NCBI RefSeq assembly: GCF_026571515.1
Contig: NW_026858768.1
Location: forward strand, 124,001-188,000
Length of the DNA: 64,000 bases
Source of the DNA: Ruditapes philippinarum
Lineage: Eukaryota
Direction of reading: 5' to 3'
Shown here: positions 41,396 to 57,200 of the stretch, one piece after another
How positions within the stretch are numbered: position 1 is the first letter of the stretch
Layout: each line of letters begins with the position of its first letter
Program-made: the position numbers and the translations under genes
The notes under the pieces: generated by a model
What the model was told of the DNA's origin: nothing
The model's input: the letters and a program-made list of their open reading frames with translations, nothing else
Database searches by the model: none

Positions 41396-42288
41396 TTTTT
41401 TATAATTTTCATTTTTGTCATGATCATCTAGTCAGCGTCTGTTCACTTTTTCGTTAAGAACCATTTTTTCAGAAACTATTCAGAGCAATTCACTTCAAAT
41501 TTGGCATACATGTACATGCTTTTTCTGTCATGAAAGGACGCCATTCCAAAAGGGAAAATATAATCCTAAAATTAATTTTTACAATGTTATACTCCTTTTT
41601 TAATTTAGATTTTTGTCTTAGAAAACCTGTTTGTTGAGGTCAATTTTCTCGAAACACGTTTCACATTAGTTACAATAATCACACGTCTTTGAAAAGGATT
41701 GTTAGAAAAATCTGTTAAAAAAATAAACAAGATTTTAAAATATTTTTAAAATTTCTAAAAAAAATATAACTTGTTTGATTTGAAAATCATAACTTATGTT
41801 GCCTATAACAAAACTTTCCGTTATTTAAAAACTAACTCAAAACACGTATATAAGGGAAACGTCTTATATTATAGGACTTAATAATGTTCAACTTGAATTT
41901 TCAGTGTCTGTGGCTTAAGTAATCTTGAAAATTTTCACGTGACATTGTCTTATTGTCGTCTTTTTGCTCAGTCATTATACTTATTTGGCGATTTGTCTGT
42001 TTTTGATAATCTTTTCGTTATTCCTATTATTCTCTAAGGCGAATATTCAACAAATTTTTGAACTTAAAATAAAAACATGTCATTCAACCCTGGACTCTTA
42101 ATATCTATAAGTAATGACAAACCAAACAATTGTCAAAGCTCTTTAGGGAAAATGTGACCTCATGTACTTGCCCCGCAAATAGTGTTTTTCTGTTAATTTG
42201 AATTAGGCATACTCGATTGGACCCAAAGATAAATAAAGTATATAACTAATGCAAATATAGAATACTGTATATTATAGATTTTAAAAGT

Positions 42289-45200
42289 ATGACATCATTG
42301 TTTGGACTTCCTCGAAATGTGTTGGCTAATCTGTCAGATACAAGTGAGGTCGTTGCTAGGGGAGAAGACGAGGTGGAGAAGTTGAAAGTAGTTGGTGGGA
42401 AGCCGCTCGGTAGATATATTTTATATCATTCACACTGAACTGTTACATAAGTTTATAAATTGATTTATACATTTCGAGTCAGCTTCTTTGAACTCACCAG
42501 TACTGTCAAATGTGGAGGCATGATATATACCCGAGTTGGGCTCGAACCCATGCCCTGGGGTTAGAGAAGACAGACACATGTACCAAAAAAGCCACTGCTA
42601 TCGAGCGATATAACTACAAGACGATTACACCGAATTTATAATATTGTATTATTAATCAATCAAATACACACTAAGCTTCTTGCAACATTTCTTTAAAGCT
42701 GCATACCTTCAGATAAGCAAAAGAATTTCAAAAAATAACTGACCTTTAAGAAACTGTACACAATTTTTTAAGTAAAGATAATGATTTACATGTTATGTGC
42801 GATTAAGAACTGATTTTGTAGTATTTATTACAATATTTCTAATGCGTTACTAACGCAGTTAGACATTTTTCTGCATATATTTTTGACCTACTTGTCTGTA
42901 ATTAACGTGGATAGCAAGTGCTCTTTGTAATGTTCTTTGTTCACTTCACAATATCTTACTTTTAATTTTTATGAAGACAGCATGTATCTGGAGGCATGCT
43001 GCTTTAACTCTAAGCCTATTGCCAGCTAACCAGTGCAGGCCAAGCCGGCACATCCGTTTCATTAGACCATGGTCTGCACTGTACGTTATTCAGTATGTAC
43101 ATATTTTGAAATGTTTGTATTAATTCGTGTATCATTTGAGGTGACAGTGGGAGCATACTGGACTTTTTCAACAAAGATATAACTGATGCCGCTCGAGATG
43201 AAGTCTTGTTTACCATGGTAGCTCAACTTTATACTATTATACCAGTCATTGTTATCATTCGTAAGTTCGTCAAATTAATTTGTTTTTTTACTTTCTATAA
43301 AATATTGAGACAAACATACATAAATTGTCACGCCATTTTCTTTAAATATTCCAGCAAACAGTATTAATATACCAATATTTAAAACTTTATAAATATATAT
43401 TAAGAAAAATGTGACTTCCTTATACATGATTACACATTTACGTCACTTATTTTGATCTTTAAACATTGACATTTACTTGTGTTTTAAGGTTGTTCTGTAA
43501 AGTTTTGACCTCATGGGAATGTCGTCAACATATCCCGTTTCTAGTGACATTCCCTGAAATATTTTAGCAAACATGTACAACAAACTATCCCCTTTCTGCA
43601 AGTGTTTTGGGAGTATTTCTGCTCCTATGAAACGGTATTTGACACGTTCTCATCTTTACGTTTTGTCATGAATTACGTGTACAAAGCAAATACCCATCTT
43701 TATGTCATGTCATGTAGCACGTGCGGAAAGAGATGTCTCGATTTACGTTATGTCATGTGTTCAACTAAACGTTATGCTATGTGACAAGACTTAGTGTTCA
43801 AAGAAATGTTGACATCTTCATGTTATGGGTGTAAGGAAATGTTGATGATTTTGTATGTCATGTTACACGTGCTCTTGTTTTTACAGTATGTCAAATTGGG
43901 TTTGCTATGGTACAGAGCGGAGCTTCACGGGTAGAAAGTGCGGCGGTACCATTTGTAACAAATATTCTAGTTTCAGGTACATGATATTGTCTTTCATATT
44001 ATCTGTTGACTTGTCATCGTACATGTGATTTGCTGTAACCTTGATATCAATGATTTTTATAGATACATTTTTTGTCGCATTAAAAGGACTATTGGTAATA
44101 AGCGATGTGTTATAATTATACGGAAGTGTGGCGAAAAGGACCAACCAGTTGGATTGGTTCTTAACATTAGTTTCCATTATCGTACATAACGTAAAGGATT
44201 ACCATATTTAAAATTTTAGAGATTTTTTATATCATATATCGATCCTACCAAACATACAAATCTTTATTCTGTTTTCTTTGTCTTTAATTTTAACTATGTT
44301 GTAAAATACAATTGTATGCATTATTCAAATACAGTTACATCAAGTTTGTCATTCTGGGCAGTTGGATATGCCCTGTCAAGATCGGAAGGTCTAACGGCCC
44401 TGGGATATCACCATTGGTTTAGTCACGATTTCGAACAGGAACTCTCTGTTGATTGGCTATTGCAGTTCAGCCTCGTTCTAACCACTGCTAACATTGCGAC
44501 ATCTGGCGGTCTAGAAAGATGTCCGATTTACGTTTACTGTTTACTTTCACCCATTATAGCAGGTAATACCAGTTTCATTTCTTATTAATTATCTTTTTAT
44601 TATCATTGTGTATTTTTATCATAACAAAAAATACTTAATTAAGACAATTACATTCACAAAAAAAATATATTTTTCAATTTTCTATATGTTATGCGTAACC
44701 GCTTGTTCAACAAAACAATTTCTAGAAAACCGATAGTGATTGGATGCATTGTTTTATTTCACAGGGGTCGCAGCTTCTCTGTCAGGCCGATGGGCGTGGC
44801 ATCATAACAGCTGGACGATTTCACATTGCCCGTTTGAAGGAGTTTCTTATAAGGTTAGACTATGTTAATACTTTTTAGCTCGACTATTCAATAAGAATAA
44901 GTAGAGCTATTGTAGTCACCCGAGCGTCGGCGTCTGCGTCGGCGTCGGCGTAACCACTTATGTTAAAGTTTTTGTAATAGTTTAAATATTTTCAAGGTCC
45001 ATTGACATATGGCTTTGAAACTTTGCACACTTGTTCATCATCATGACCCCAACCTGTAGACAGGAGGAGGTAACTCTATCAAGCATTTGGCCAGAATTAT
45101 GCCCCTTTTTCGACTTAGAATTTACGTTAAAGTTTTTGTAATAGTTTAAATATTTTCAAAGTCCATTGACATATGGCTTTGAAACTTTGCACACTTATTC

Positions 45201-48200
45201 AACATCATGACCCCAACATGTAGACAGGGGGAGGTATCTCTATCAAGCATTTTGACAGAATTATGCCCCTTTTTTGACTTAGAATTTACGTTAAAGTTTT
45301 TGTAATACCTCAAATTTTTTCAAAGTCCATTGACATATGGCTTTGAAACTTTGCACACTTATTCAACATCATGACCCCAACATGAAGACAGGAGGAGGTT
45401 ACTCTATCAAGCATTTTGACAGAATTATGGCCCTTTTTCGACTTAGAATTTACGTTAAAGTTTTTGTAATACCTCAAATATTTTCAAAATTCATTGACAT
45501 AAGGCTTTGAAACATGTTGAAATTTTATACTCTTCTTTGAGAGCATAATATGACATTCCAAGGCCTATAACGGTAATATGGATTTAAAGAAAAATTTTGC
45601 CTTTTTCTTTACTTACAAAATTTTACCTTTTCATCAAGGCTTTTTTTACTATCAAGCACTAAGAATAGTCGAGCGTTGCTGTCCTACCGACAGCTCTTGT
45701 TTTACACTCTTGATATATTCATTATTCTATTTTCAGTCCGTTTAACCGTCTGTCTGTTCAAAAAAATAGATGACCCGAAAATCCATTAAGGTAGAAAGTC
45801 CTTTTGTCTGTTCAAATTTTTTTGCGGCCTTAAGTCTATTTGGGAGTTTCATGATGTTTGAATCGATTGTTTATGTATTTGTTCTAAGCTAAGGACATGA
45901 GCAACATGACAAATGCACCATTTAATGGTCAAGGTCACAGTTTAAGTTAAATGGTTTGAGATGAATATCTTCTGTCCGATAAATATCACGTGCATGCACT
46001 TATTGTATGATATTAAAAATGTTTATGTCAATGGAAGGATAATAATACGTTAAATTTGCTTAATAAAGCGAAACATGTATAAGTATATGATTTTTTACAT
46101 TATATGAAGTGCATTTTTGGCAATACAATTTTCATGAATAAAACTTATATTTTACTAAATAAGCTTAAATAACTATTTCGATTTCTGTTGACAATTATTA
46201 TCATGTTCAATATTTTAAGGACCAGGGCGGAAGTGGTGTCATCCACATGGTCGGTGGATCCTCGGCACTGGTATTGTCCCTTATGCTCGGACCTAGGTAC
46301 AGTCGAATTAGGGACACGAGGTCTAAAATACTGTTTAACGATCTTGATGGACACTCACTGCCGGTAAGATTATTTTGTATATCATTGAGGGATGAAATTC
46401 TTTATTATCTTTTTCATAATCAATGAATCCGTTAATCAAGCCGTTGTGGTCTGCAGGGGATTTGAAACAACAACAATAATAACTATTTAGAACTCGTTTT
46501 AATTTCCTTGAAAACATTTTTCAGCAAAATAAGGAAAAGAACATTCATTATTAATTCTAGGAATGCCCTTTGTCCGTCACCCTGTCTGTATGTCAGTCTT
46601 TCTGTCTGTGTGTCCGCTCCATATTTCCCACATTCTGTGAATGATTTTTACGAAACTGGGATCAAATATTAAGTTCACTTAGACGATGTAAAGGAGATAC
46701 GAGTCAGCTATTTTGGATCAAGGTCACTCTTGAAGGTCGAATGTCCTGTGTTTCGTGTCCGCTCCATATCTCTTAAATTCTTTAAAAGGTTTTCATAAAA
46801 CTGCTCAAAAGTTCAGTTCACTAAAACCGTATTATAAGAGCTCGTTCAACTGTCCTAGATAATGGTCAGCTGTATTGCTACAAAGGTATCGTGGTGGGGG
46901 ATATAGCTATCCTTTGGACTGCCCTGTGGTACATAAAGCCTCGGTCTCACTTACTCCCGGCAGAGCCCAGGACCATCCCGGTAAGTTACCGGGATGATCC
47001 GGGACGATCCGGGATGAAATTATTGTTGCGGTCACACTTACCCCGGCAGCACTACGGTAGTTCTCTACTAACCACCCAGGATGCGCTCCGGATCATCCAG
47101 GCAGAGCCCAGGTGAAGCTACGGTTCATGCCGGTGCTTCCCCGGTCGTTCCCGGATGACGCCGGAAGAGCCCCGGTTGACCCAGGCAGAGCCCCGGTCGA
47201 TCCAGGCAGAGTCCCGGCAGAGCCCAGTACGATCCAGGCAGAGCCCCGGTAGAACCCCGGTGGATTGAAAACGCCCGAAAATGATAACATTGATACATAA
47301 TTTTTATATAATATAATATCTATTAGTAATTCGTGATGATTTTCTGAAAAATCCTTATGCCATACTGGATAGAAGCGAAATGGGAAGGGTTTTAATACAA
47401 ACAAGTGCAATCATCGCAAACTGTCGTTATTCTTTTGAAATGATCCGGGCTTTGCCGGGGCTCTACCGGGATCAACCGTAGCTCTACCTTTATCCTCCGG
47501 GGCTCTGCCTGTAGTTACCGGGGCTCTGCCGGCATATATCGGGGCTCTACCGTAGCTCTACCGTAGCTCTACCGGCTCTATCATACCCCGGATCATCCCC
47601 GGTTTGTGCCGGCAGAGCTACGGTGCTTTCCCGGTATAACCCCGGTCGTTCCCGGCAGAGCTAAGGATGAAGCCGGCAAAGCTATACCTTCCCGGATCAT
47701 CCCGGACCACCCCGGTAATATTAAATATTTTATTCCATCCGGGGTCGAATGCCGGATGTTCCCGGATCATCCCGGATCATCCAGGACGTTGCCGGCAGAG
47801 TTACGGATGTACCCCGGTTGTTCCCGGTCGTACCCCGGTCGTTCCCGGATCACCCCGGACGTCTACCGGGGCTCTGCCGGGGCTCTGCCGGGATGTAAGT
47901 GAGATATTGGGCTATGCGTGCTACAGTGTTAATTTTATTTATGTTTTGTTAATTTATGATTTACTCTAATTTTTCGCTATCTTGGGTTTTAGGCTATAAG
48001 AGGATACCTCGGTACTTTTTAATTTCAGTAGGTTACGCCTGCTTTTTAGCATCTACCTATTACATCTACGTTATATAGTCTATTTTTATTCATGTTTCAA
48101 TGTTAAATGTCTGTACCTATATAAGTTAAGATTTGAAATAGACACAAATGTTACTTAATCGGCTACCTTTTTTTGTATTTTAGCTCGAGATTATTGGATG

Positions 48201-51200
48201 GTACTTTAATGTCATCTGCTACATTTGCTGTAACTTCGTTCGTCTGACATCCACGTGCATCAAGTGTCATTCAATAAGTTATGTCGTGGCACATGCTCTT
48301 GTAAACAGTGTGATAGCAGCTTCATCCGCGTGTCTGGGAACATATGTATTTATATCTATCATGAAGTCTTTGATGGTAAGAACACCTTTCAAACTTCTAT
48401 ATTATATTTTAGATATTGTTTGTTAGATATAGGTAACAACATTGTGTATTGTAGCTCAGATGCGCATTGATATAGTTACTATAGACCTTAGTGATTAGTG
48501 ATATAGACCTTAGTGATTAGTGATATAGACCTTAGTGATTAGTGACATGACAACCTGTGCATCATATACATATAATAATGTAGTTCTGTAAAACGTCCAT
48601 TCTGCTCATAGGAGAAGGACCAATGAGAATTTGACAGAATACCAGTGATATGATTGATTGCTGAGAAATTATCTTAGCGATAATAAACCGGACGGACTGT
48701 CAGGTAGACGGACTTTCCTTCTGTCGGTGGTATGAAATACAAATATACAACTTCCAGTTATAAATGAAAATTTCAAGTTAACCTTTTTTATATTATTTTC
48801 AGGGTAGAATACGCTTTCATTATCTTTTATCAAGGCAACTTGCTAACGGAGTCATTATTGGAATTGTAAGTAAACTATAATTTTATCATTTCAAACATAT
48901 AAAACTAAACTGTTTTTGTTAATTATCATTTCAATCGCAAACTAAGTTTTTTGTTGATAATCAAACAGTTTGACATACAGCCCTTGAGTTGTTATGATTA
49001 TTTTTAGAAAGACAAATAATAAAAAGAAATAAACTGATCGTATATGTTATAATTCGACTCGTTATTTTATATGGTCTTTTTTGTTCAGATTTCAGTTGCC
49101 GCCGGAAGTGACGTATATGCGCACTGGGCTTCGTTTGTTGTTGGTATTACAGCGGCTATAACTTATGTGATCTGGTGCCAGTTATTATATTTTTTCAGAA
49201 TAGACGATCCTACAGGCGTCATAGCTGGTATTATTTTTAATTTCTTTGCTATTATTACTATAGATAATTGTTCATATTGTTTATGCATAAGCTTGTCTAA
49301 GTCGAGCTGCTATGATCGTTGTGGTCGTGCAAAAAACTTTAATGTAGTCTATTATTCAAACATTTCAAAAGCTATCATCATTGAATTTGGTATGTTTGTT
49401 CTTTATGGTGAAGTTGTTTCGCTAGGGGTATGATTCTGAAAGCTTTATTTTTGAAGTTATACCTTTTTTAACTTATAATTCAAAATTGCTCATTCATAAG
49501 GCGACCGGTGGTGCTCTTGTTAAAAATGAAAGTAAAAGTACAGCTACAACTTAAAAAAAACCAACATGTTTGACAAATAATCATTCTACTTATTTTTTTA
49601 TTGAACAGTTAAATATATTAACAGCACAGCATTACTTTGGGTTTATTTGCAGTTTTGTAGTGATGGCGTATCATACAGAGATGAAAAGTTTTGCCTTTGC
49701 CTTACACTTTATTTAAGATCGAATTGACATAATGATGAATTAGAACTGATATATTGGTGTATGCACTTTCCTGGTATTCATGCATGTCTCATTTCTATTT
49801 ATAGTACATTTGGGCGGTGGTCTGTGGGGAGTTATATGTGTCAACATACTGAGGGAGGGTAATGGACTAGTTTTTGCAGATAACACATCAACCGCTGCAT
49901 TGGTAATGTTCTTTTGTACTTTATTTGTTGGCATCTCAAAAACTACCGAAGAGAATGGATTGAAATTTTACACACTTATTTGAGAGCATAATAGGAGGTC
50001 ACTGTCAAAGGCTCATAACTCTTTGACAGAATTATGACACTTTTTGAACTTTGAAAATTCTTCAAGGTCCAGGCTTTTGTTTCAAGCACTGAGAATAGTC
50101 GAGTACGCTGTCCTATCGACAGCTTTTGTTTGTTTTGTGTTGGCAAAAAAAATGATGTGAATATCGTAAGGATAAAGCTATGTATATAAATGACTAAAAG
50201 GGAAAAATATACCATTTCAACCCCATATGTTCAAAATGTTAACATAGCTAGATGCACAGCGGACTGACATTTTCTCTTCTAGTGTTCTGTAAAGCTTACA
50301 TTGGTTTGATTTAACATTATCGTGATTTTAATGGCATGTGCCAAACATAATCAGTTAATCACGACGACCAGTTACAAAATCATATTCAAGACTGAAACTT
50401 TGGCGTTGTTTTCTTTCCATATATTTTATCAGACTGTAGGCGTACCGCCTAAGACTCAAAGTTTTTAGATTTGTATAATTCTTTGAATTATTATAAAACA
50501 AACATCAGGAAAAAGAAAAACAACAAAACGCTTACAATTTGGCATGCTGAGGCTTATGGACGGATGTAATTCAAACAATAAACAACATTTTTACGAAAAT
50601 TCAATAATTTTAATAAATGAATATTTCAAAACTCCCTTTTAGCAAAGTTCGAAATATCGCAAAACGTTTAAAAACATATACAAATAATACAAATAATATT
50701 CCATATTTTAAAAGTATATCGTCTGTTTCATCATCTGAAAATAGAATAGATTTATTTATTTATTTGTTTATTTTTTTTTTCAAAATGAATTATAGTCATA
50801 TAAACTTTTATAATATCAAACGTCTTACTTATCAAATATTAATGTTCTTGCAAGAGAAGTTATGTCGGTGAATTCATACGCGAGAAAATGTGCCTTAATT
50901 TAGGTTACTAGTATTTTGTTTTTGCATAGCAACGAAGCACGACTTAAAAAGGTCTATAAAAATGTTGTTATTTAGCGTTCATGTTGATTCAGCGAAAATA
51001 GTAGCAGAAAACGATATGTGAAATGAAACGAAACTATAAAAAACTAAAACACGATTTAATATGAATATCAAGTATGTATAAAGCGCAATGCACTTACTTT
51101 TCTATGAGTTTCCATTTGGAAGATCGTACACATTCTTGTCGCCTGCATTAATATCGGAAACATCTGTAAAATAATAATTTTCAAACAAGTATGCGTTATT

Positions 51201-54200
51201 CTAGCAATTAACGATAGGGCATTTAAGTAATATAACAAACGGCACCAGCCTATTCTCTGTTGTTAACCTTAGTTGGGCATTTAATTAAGTCAGATTTCCA
51301 AACTATATACATGTAACTGAAATAAACTGGAGAAATAAAATGAGCTTACCTATGAAATCCGAATAGGCTTTTGGTTTGTTGGGTTTGTTTGCTGATTGGT
51401 TGATGTCGGTCTCCTTGGCAATAGCTGACAAACTCTGTGTGACAGCAATGTCGGCTATTTCTAGAATCATAAAGAATAAAGTTCTTGTCATAAATAATTC
51501 CTTTGAATTGTACTCGTATATTGTGCAACATTCATAATGAATCAAATGGATAAATTTTGTCTTAAGGAGATTCTTATGATAGTTATTTTTTTCAAATTAA
51601 GTTCGACTTATAGATCTATGAACTTTCTTATCTTTGGGTTTTTTTATTATTTAATCTTCGGTTTTATCTCACTTGTGCTTTAAAAACAACAATTGGTGTT
51701 ATATATATTTTGTTCTTTGCATTGAATTCTACTTACGGCTGATCACACTTGATGTCATGGAAATATTGTCGTCTGCCTCAACTTTGATCAGTTTGGTGTT
51801 GCTTAGCAACTGTGAGTCACACGTCAATGTGTCGACTGCTGATTTTAGAATTCCTGCTACATATTCCTCAACTTTTATGAAAGATACAAAAAATAAGAAA
51901 TTTGCAAAGTTATTTAATAGTACAGTCCCTGAGGACCTTTTGTGTGCAAAAAAGGTCCATAGATAAATCTTATACCAATGTAAAGCTAAATGTTTGAAGT
52001 TTACAAAAATTTTGGGTAGACATGTCGGATCATGGTACGTTTTGAGAAATCCAAGATGGCCGCCAAGATGGCCGCCAAATTATTGAAAAATGGCTAATAC
52101 GCAATTTTATATGATAAAATTAGTTCTTTTTGTATTTATTTTGGTACAGGTGATGTTAAAAAAACTTCACATCCTATTGGAACAATATGAAAATGGGAGG
52201 CATTTCCATTATTTTTTCATATTCTCTGAATTTCATAGATCAATTTTTGCTAAAAAATGCATGAAAAAATTATCCAAAAAAATTGATAGTGGGGCTGACA
52301 TTTTTTTCCTACCAGCTAAAGGCTTAGCGGTGTAAATGAATATTTTTACCAATATACTACAAAGACTTGAAACAAGATCATACTAATATCACCTTATTAA
52401 TTTAATCTTTACTGTAAAAAGAATGTGGGATCTGATATTCTTAAAGTGGTGGGGTAACGAAAACTAAGTCTCAGTATTTTGTTAACTGGTTTGGTTATGA
52501 TAATTAAAACTATGAGTAGTCAACATATATATTGCACTTTGGCATGTACCTAAAGTTATAAATAATTAAGAAACTAAGACTGATATTTTTGTTTATCAAT
52601 ATTCAACATGTTCTGTTGCCATGGCAACGGAGAAGTAAAATGAAAGACACACCTGAAACGTATGACACTTTCAACTTTTAGCATTTTAAGCATGTTGTTA
52701 AGAATGACACAAACTTACAGATAAATAATCTGTGCACAATGCCATGGTAACAAATTGAAAAAAAAGTAACATTAAAAGAAGTCACATTTCATTCTAGCAA
52801 ATTATCAACACAGATAACAGCCGATATTTTGAAATTTGATGAATAAATTTATTTCAAGAATTTGCATCATGCATTTGCTTTTTTCAAACTGCTATACATA
52901 GAAAAAAGGTCATGTTAAATGTGAATGTTGTTATGTTTGGAAAGGATAATTAATGGTGATAATAATAAGTAAAAGGCAGTCTTAAGGTAGAAATGTATAT
53001 AAACATTATCAAATGTTTGAAACTGTACATAGGGTAAACATTTAAGACTTTGCAGCTAAAACGAGAAATAAATAGGTCACTGGTTCAAATTCTAGGTCAA
53101 CCAATATCAAATTTTAATGACAATCGAATTTATTGTTGAGTTCAAACTTTTTGGTTATAGCTTGTATTATGAAATTCTAACTTGCATTAGATAAAATTCT
53201 AGGTCAACTGATCTCAGTGTATAATTCTGCATCTGAATTTTTACAATCAAAATACAAAGAGAATACTAGGACAGGTTTAGGTCAGCTGGCATGTCATATT
53301 GTGTCTGTTATCCAAATTTTGTTAGCTTCAAAAACAAGAAAGTAAGTCACGAAGTCTTAAATTCTAGGTCACCTTATAACAGTGGGGCCATGATTTGGAC
53401 AATCAAAGAGGAACACAAGACAATTCTTCCAACCAAATGGTCTTGCATTGTGGTTTCTGACATAAAGAGTTTTTTTATATAAAAATCGACATCTAAGCAG
53501 GGCCATTTTTATGCTCCCCGAAAAATTATGGGGGAGCATATAGTCGCCGGGCGTGTGTCCAAAACCTAGTCGGGGAGCATCACCTGGTTCAACCGGTTCT
53601 TGTTTTAATCCAGACTCATGATCATTATTTGATGCCTGCAAACTTAGCACTTTACGGAGAGTGTCGGATGTGAAGTCCAGGCGTCTCTTGTTCCACAGAC
53701 AACAATTGATCTCGGACATTGAGTTTTACGGTCATTTGTCTGTCAAGCTTAGTAGAAATTGGTCATTACTCTTCTGGTTATTTATCCATGAAAGTCAGAT
53801 AGTTCAACCAACCTTCAAGCTATCAACAAAGAAGTGTTGAAATTGGCGTATAACCCAGACCCGGCCCTTTCATGATTTGAAGAAACATGGTAAAAGTCTT
53901 CTAGAAATTGTTTCACATGCTCTAAACAATGGCGTTAAAGGGATGATTTTATAAAGGATTTTATATATAAGTTAGACTATGTAAATCAATTGACCCTTGG
54001 GAAAGGTTATTATAATCAAACGGATCATGCTTTTACCAAGCTTAGAATTTGTGTATTATTTCTATTATATGATTTATATCTTGACATAAATTGATATGGT
54101 CATAGAATGAATGCCTCACACTTAAATATCAAAGCATTTTATTTATGGAGAAGATAGTTTTCAAAGCCTTTAAAATAACTAAAAGTATACTAAAATACTA

Positions 54201-57200
54201 AAACAAGTAAAATGACTCCTTGGGTTAGGTCCACTTTGACCAGATTGTCAAGATTTGAAAAATAAATTAAGTTTTTTTTGACAATGCTTTTAACCCAAAA
54301 TCTAAGATCTGGGCATTTGGTTTTGGAAAAAAATATGATTTTAAAAAGTTTTCCTATGTGTCTCCATATGAAATAAGTTGACCCTAGGGGTGGGTTAAAT
54401 TTTCATTTGAATAAATTTTGTACTGGTCTATACAAGGCTACAACAGAAATAATTAGCTATAGGCATCAGTATGGGAGAAGTTATTTTTTTAACCTTTTCC
54501 TATATGTAAATTGAAGTGACCCCTGGCATAAATGAATTTGACCACAAGGTCGTGATTTCAGCAAATTTAATAGTATTATATACTAGGTCCTGCAGTTATG
54601 GAGAAGAATATGTTCATGTTTTTTCCTATATTTACACTGTGTAAAGAAAGTTTACTCCGGGGCTTCGCAAGAAACATGAATGTGTACTTCTTGACCTTTT
54701 ACCAACCATGACCTTGATGTTGTGCCATGTATATCATAAGCACATAGTCTCACGATGGTGATTATTTGTGCCAAGTTATTTAAAATCTTCCATAAAGTTA
54801 TGGAGAACATATAACATTGACCTTGGTTGCAGCGACCTGGATGTTGAGGTCTGTAAATTGTGTCGTGGTGGGGATCATTTGTGCTAAGTATTTTAAAAAC
54901 CTTTGAGTTGTCAATAAGTTATAGAGCGGACATGAAAAAAAAATTTTTTACATTGGACCGTTGAGTGTGAGGGTGGTGACTTGCTTATTGTGCTCTGCCA
55001 ATGGTGTCATAATGTTGATCATTTCTGTCAATTTATCTTAAAAACGTTTCAGAGGTTTAAAAGTAAGAGACAGACGCGAAATGTAGACTTTCTAACATAT
55101 GAGCTGTAAGTGTGACCCTGACCTTTGGGGTAGCAATTCAATAATTGCGATCTGCACATCGTCTCATAATGGTGATCAATTGTGCCAAGCTATTTAAACA
55201 AAATTTCATAGGTTTAAAAGTTTTGGAGGGGACACGAAATGTAGATTTTTATTCATTTGACCATGGCCTTTGGTGTAGCAACCCAATGTTTGCGTTCTGC
55301 ACATGTTCTTATACTGGTTATATTTGTGCCAAGATATTTTTTTTTAATTTCAGCGGTTAAAATGTTGGAGCGGACACGAAATTTAGACTTTTTTACATTT
55401 GACCTGAAAGTGTGACCTTAACCTTTTGTGTAGCAACCCAATTATTGCGCACTGCACGTCGTGTCATAATAGTGATCCGTTGTGCCAAGTTCTTTCAAAC
55501 CTTTACAGCGTTAAAAAGTTATGGAGCGGACATGAAATGTAGACTTTTTAACATATGAACTTGACCTTAAAGTGTGACCTTGACCTTGGGGGTAGCAACC
55601 CAATTATTGCGCTCTGCATATTGTCTCATTATGGTGATCACTTGTGCCAAGTTATTTCAAAAAATGTTCAGGGGTTAAAAAGTTATGAAGCGGACACGAA
55701 AGTGTTATGGACGGACGGACTGACAGACGGAGTCCATTCCTATAATCCCCTTTCCGCGGAAGGTGATTACTGATTAACAATGTTGGTTTAGTCCCATCTG
55801 AAAAAGCCATACATATAAAAGTTCAAGATCTTTTTATTTATTTCTGGGAATATTTGAAAACATTACGCATTGTCAGTTTTATTTTTAACTTCTGTGACTT
55901 AGATATACAATAATCCGATTTGTGCAAAAAACAACAACAAAACAAAATTTCTGTCAAATTTTATCAAATATAGCCTATTTTTACGTCACATCAACACTTT
56001 AAAAGGCTTTGTGGCGACTTTCCTGCTTTACTGAGGAAGACCTTAATATGTTTCTCTCCGTGCATTATTTCATAATATTGACACCTTCTGGTCATCTTTT
56101 AAGGCAAATCAGAATTACGAAGTCTATAAGAAAGTGAAATTTGGATTATTCAAATAAAGAAAACAGTAAAACTGTTTGTAAAATAAAGAAATCAAGGTCA
56201 TATGTTCATCTTGATTCCAAATTCAAATACGTCCTGAACTTAATCTTAATTTGGAACACACTAGTGTTCATGTGCATTACATACTACCGGACAATTTGAG
56301 AAATGCTGTTTTTCCTCATCTCCAATTACATTGAAACTATGGTTTTAAGACTGCACTTATATAATGACTTATCTAAAACAGAAAGCTTATATGAATTTTG
56401 GATACGTTCAGCCGCGGGTTATTTCACATGATTTATTGATATTTATTGATGATGAGAAAATAACGTAACTGTATCAGTTGATATGATTACCAATGTCTTT
56501 GAGATTTTATTTGAATGTTACCTGTATATCAGTTATAGCTTATTACTACGTGACGACAATTTACATACTTTTTTGTGTGAGTGGAACAAAAATCGCTCCC
56601 AAAGTTTTACAAACACATATGTGTCTTATAACTGATAAAAACGGTCTAAAACAAAAGCAAAATTTATCATTACACCAAATTTATTCAGTGCCTTTCTGAT
56701 ATATATATAGCATGTTCAAATGGGTTAAAATCAACAAATTTATATCATAGTTATAAACATTAAAAAAGAATACTCGACATTAAATGAAATTTCAACAATT
56801 ATACAAATCTAGATATGACTATGTAAAACTATTTGCATATAAACATACTCTTAAATTCTTTTCAACGTGATTTATAATAATATTATGAAACAGACCGCCA
56901 TCTTTTTAAATAGTCACATATTTCTAAAGAACGAAGTGACAAAACTCATATTGTTTACATATCGGAATTACTTATATTGTATAATTAATTTGAGACTTTT
57001 AAGTTTTAGTTTTGTGTACATTCTTCTGTATCTTGTTCTTAATGTATACTAGAGTTTCTCCCCTCTGTATCCGATTTTCAATAGGCAAAACAATGGAGAT
57101 TCTATACAACGTTTTAGGGATTCTGTTTTTCTCTATTTTAATGAGTTTAAATGGAGGGGTTGTTTTTGGTAATAAGACAAGATACCATTTGATGAACAGT

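Noticed and set aside
46891-47969. Pro/Gly-rich ORFs and a high-GC island suggesting foreign DNA
   Set aside because: Explained by the CCCGG-rich subterminal repeats of an intronic TIR element.
53369-53719. 116-aa minus-strand ORF as an extra exon of the nested gene
   Set aside because: It lies within the TIR element, overlaps a repeat head (tttttatgctcccc...gggggagcatatag), and I found no convincing splice sites.
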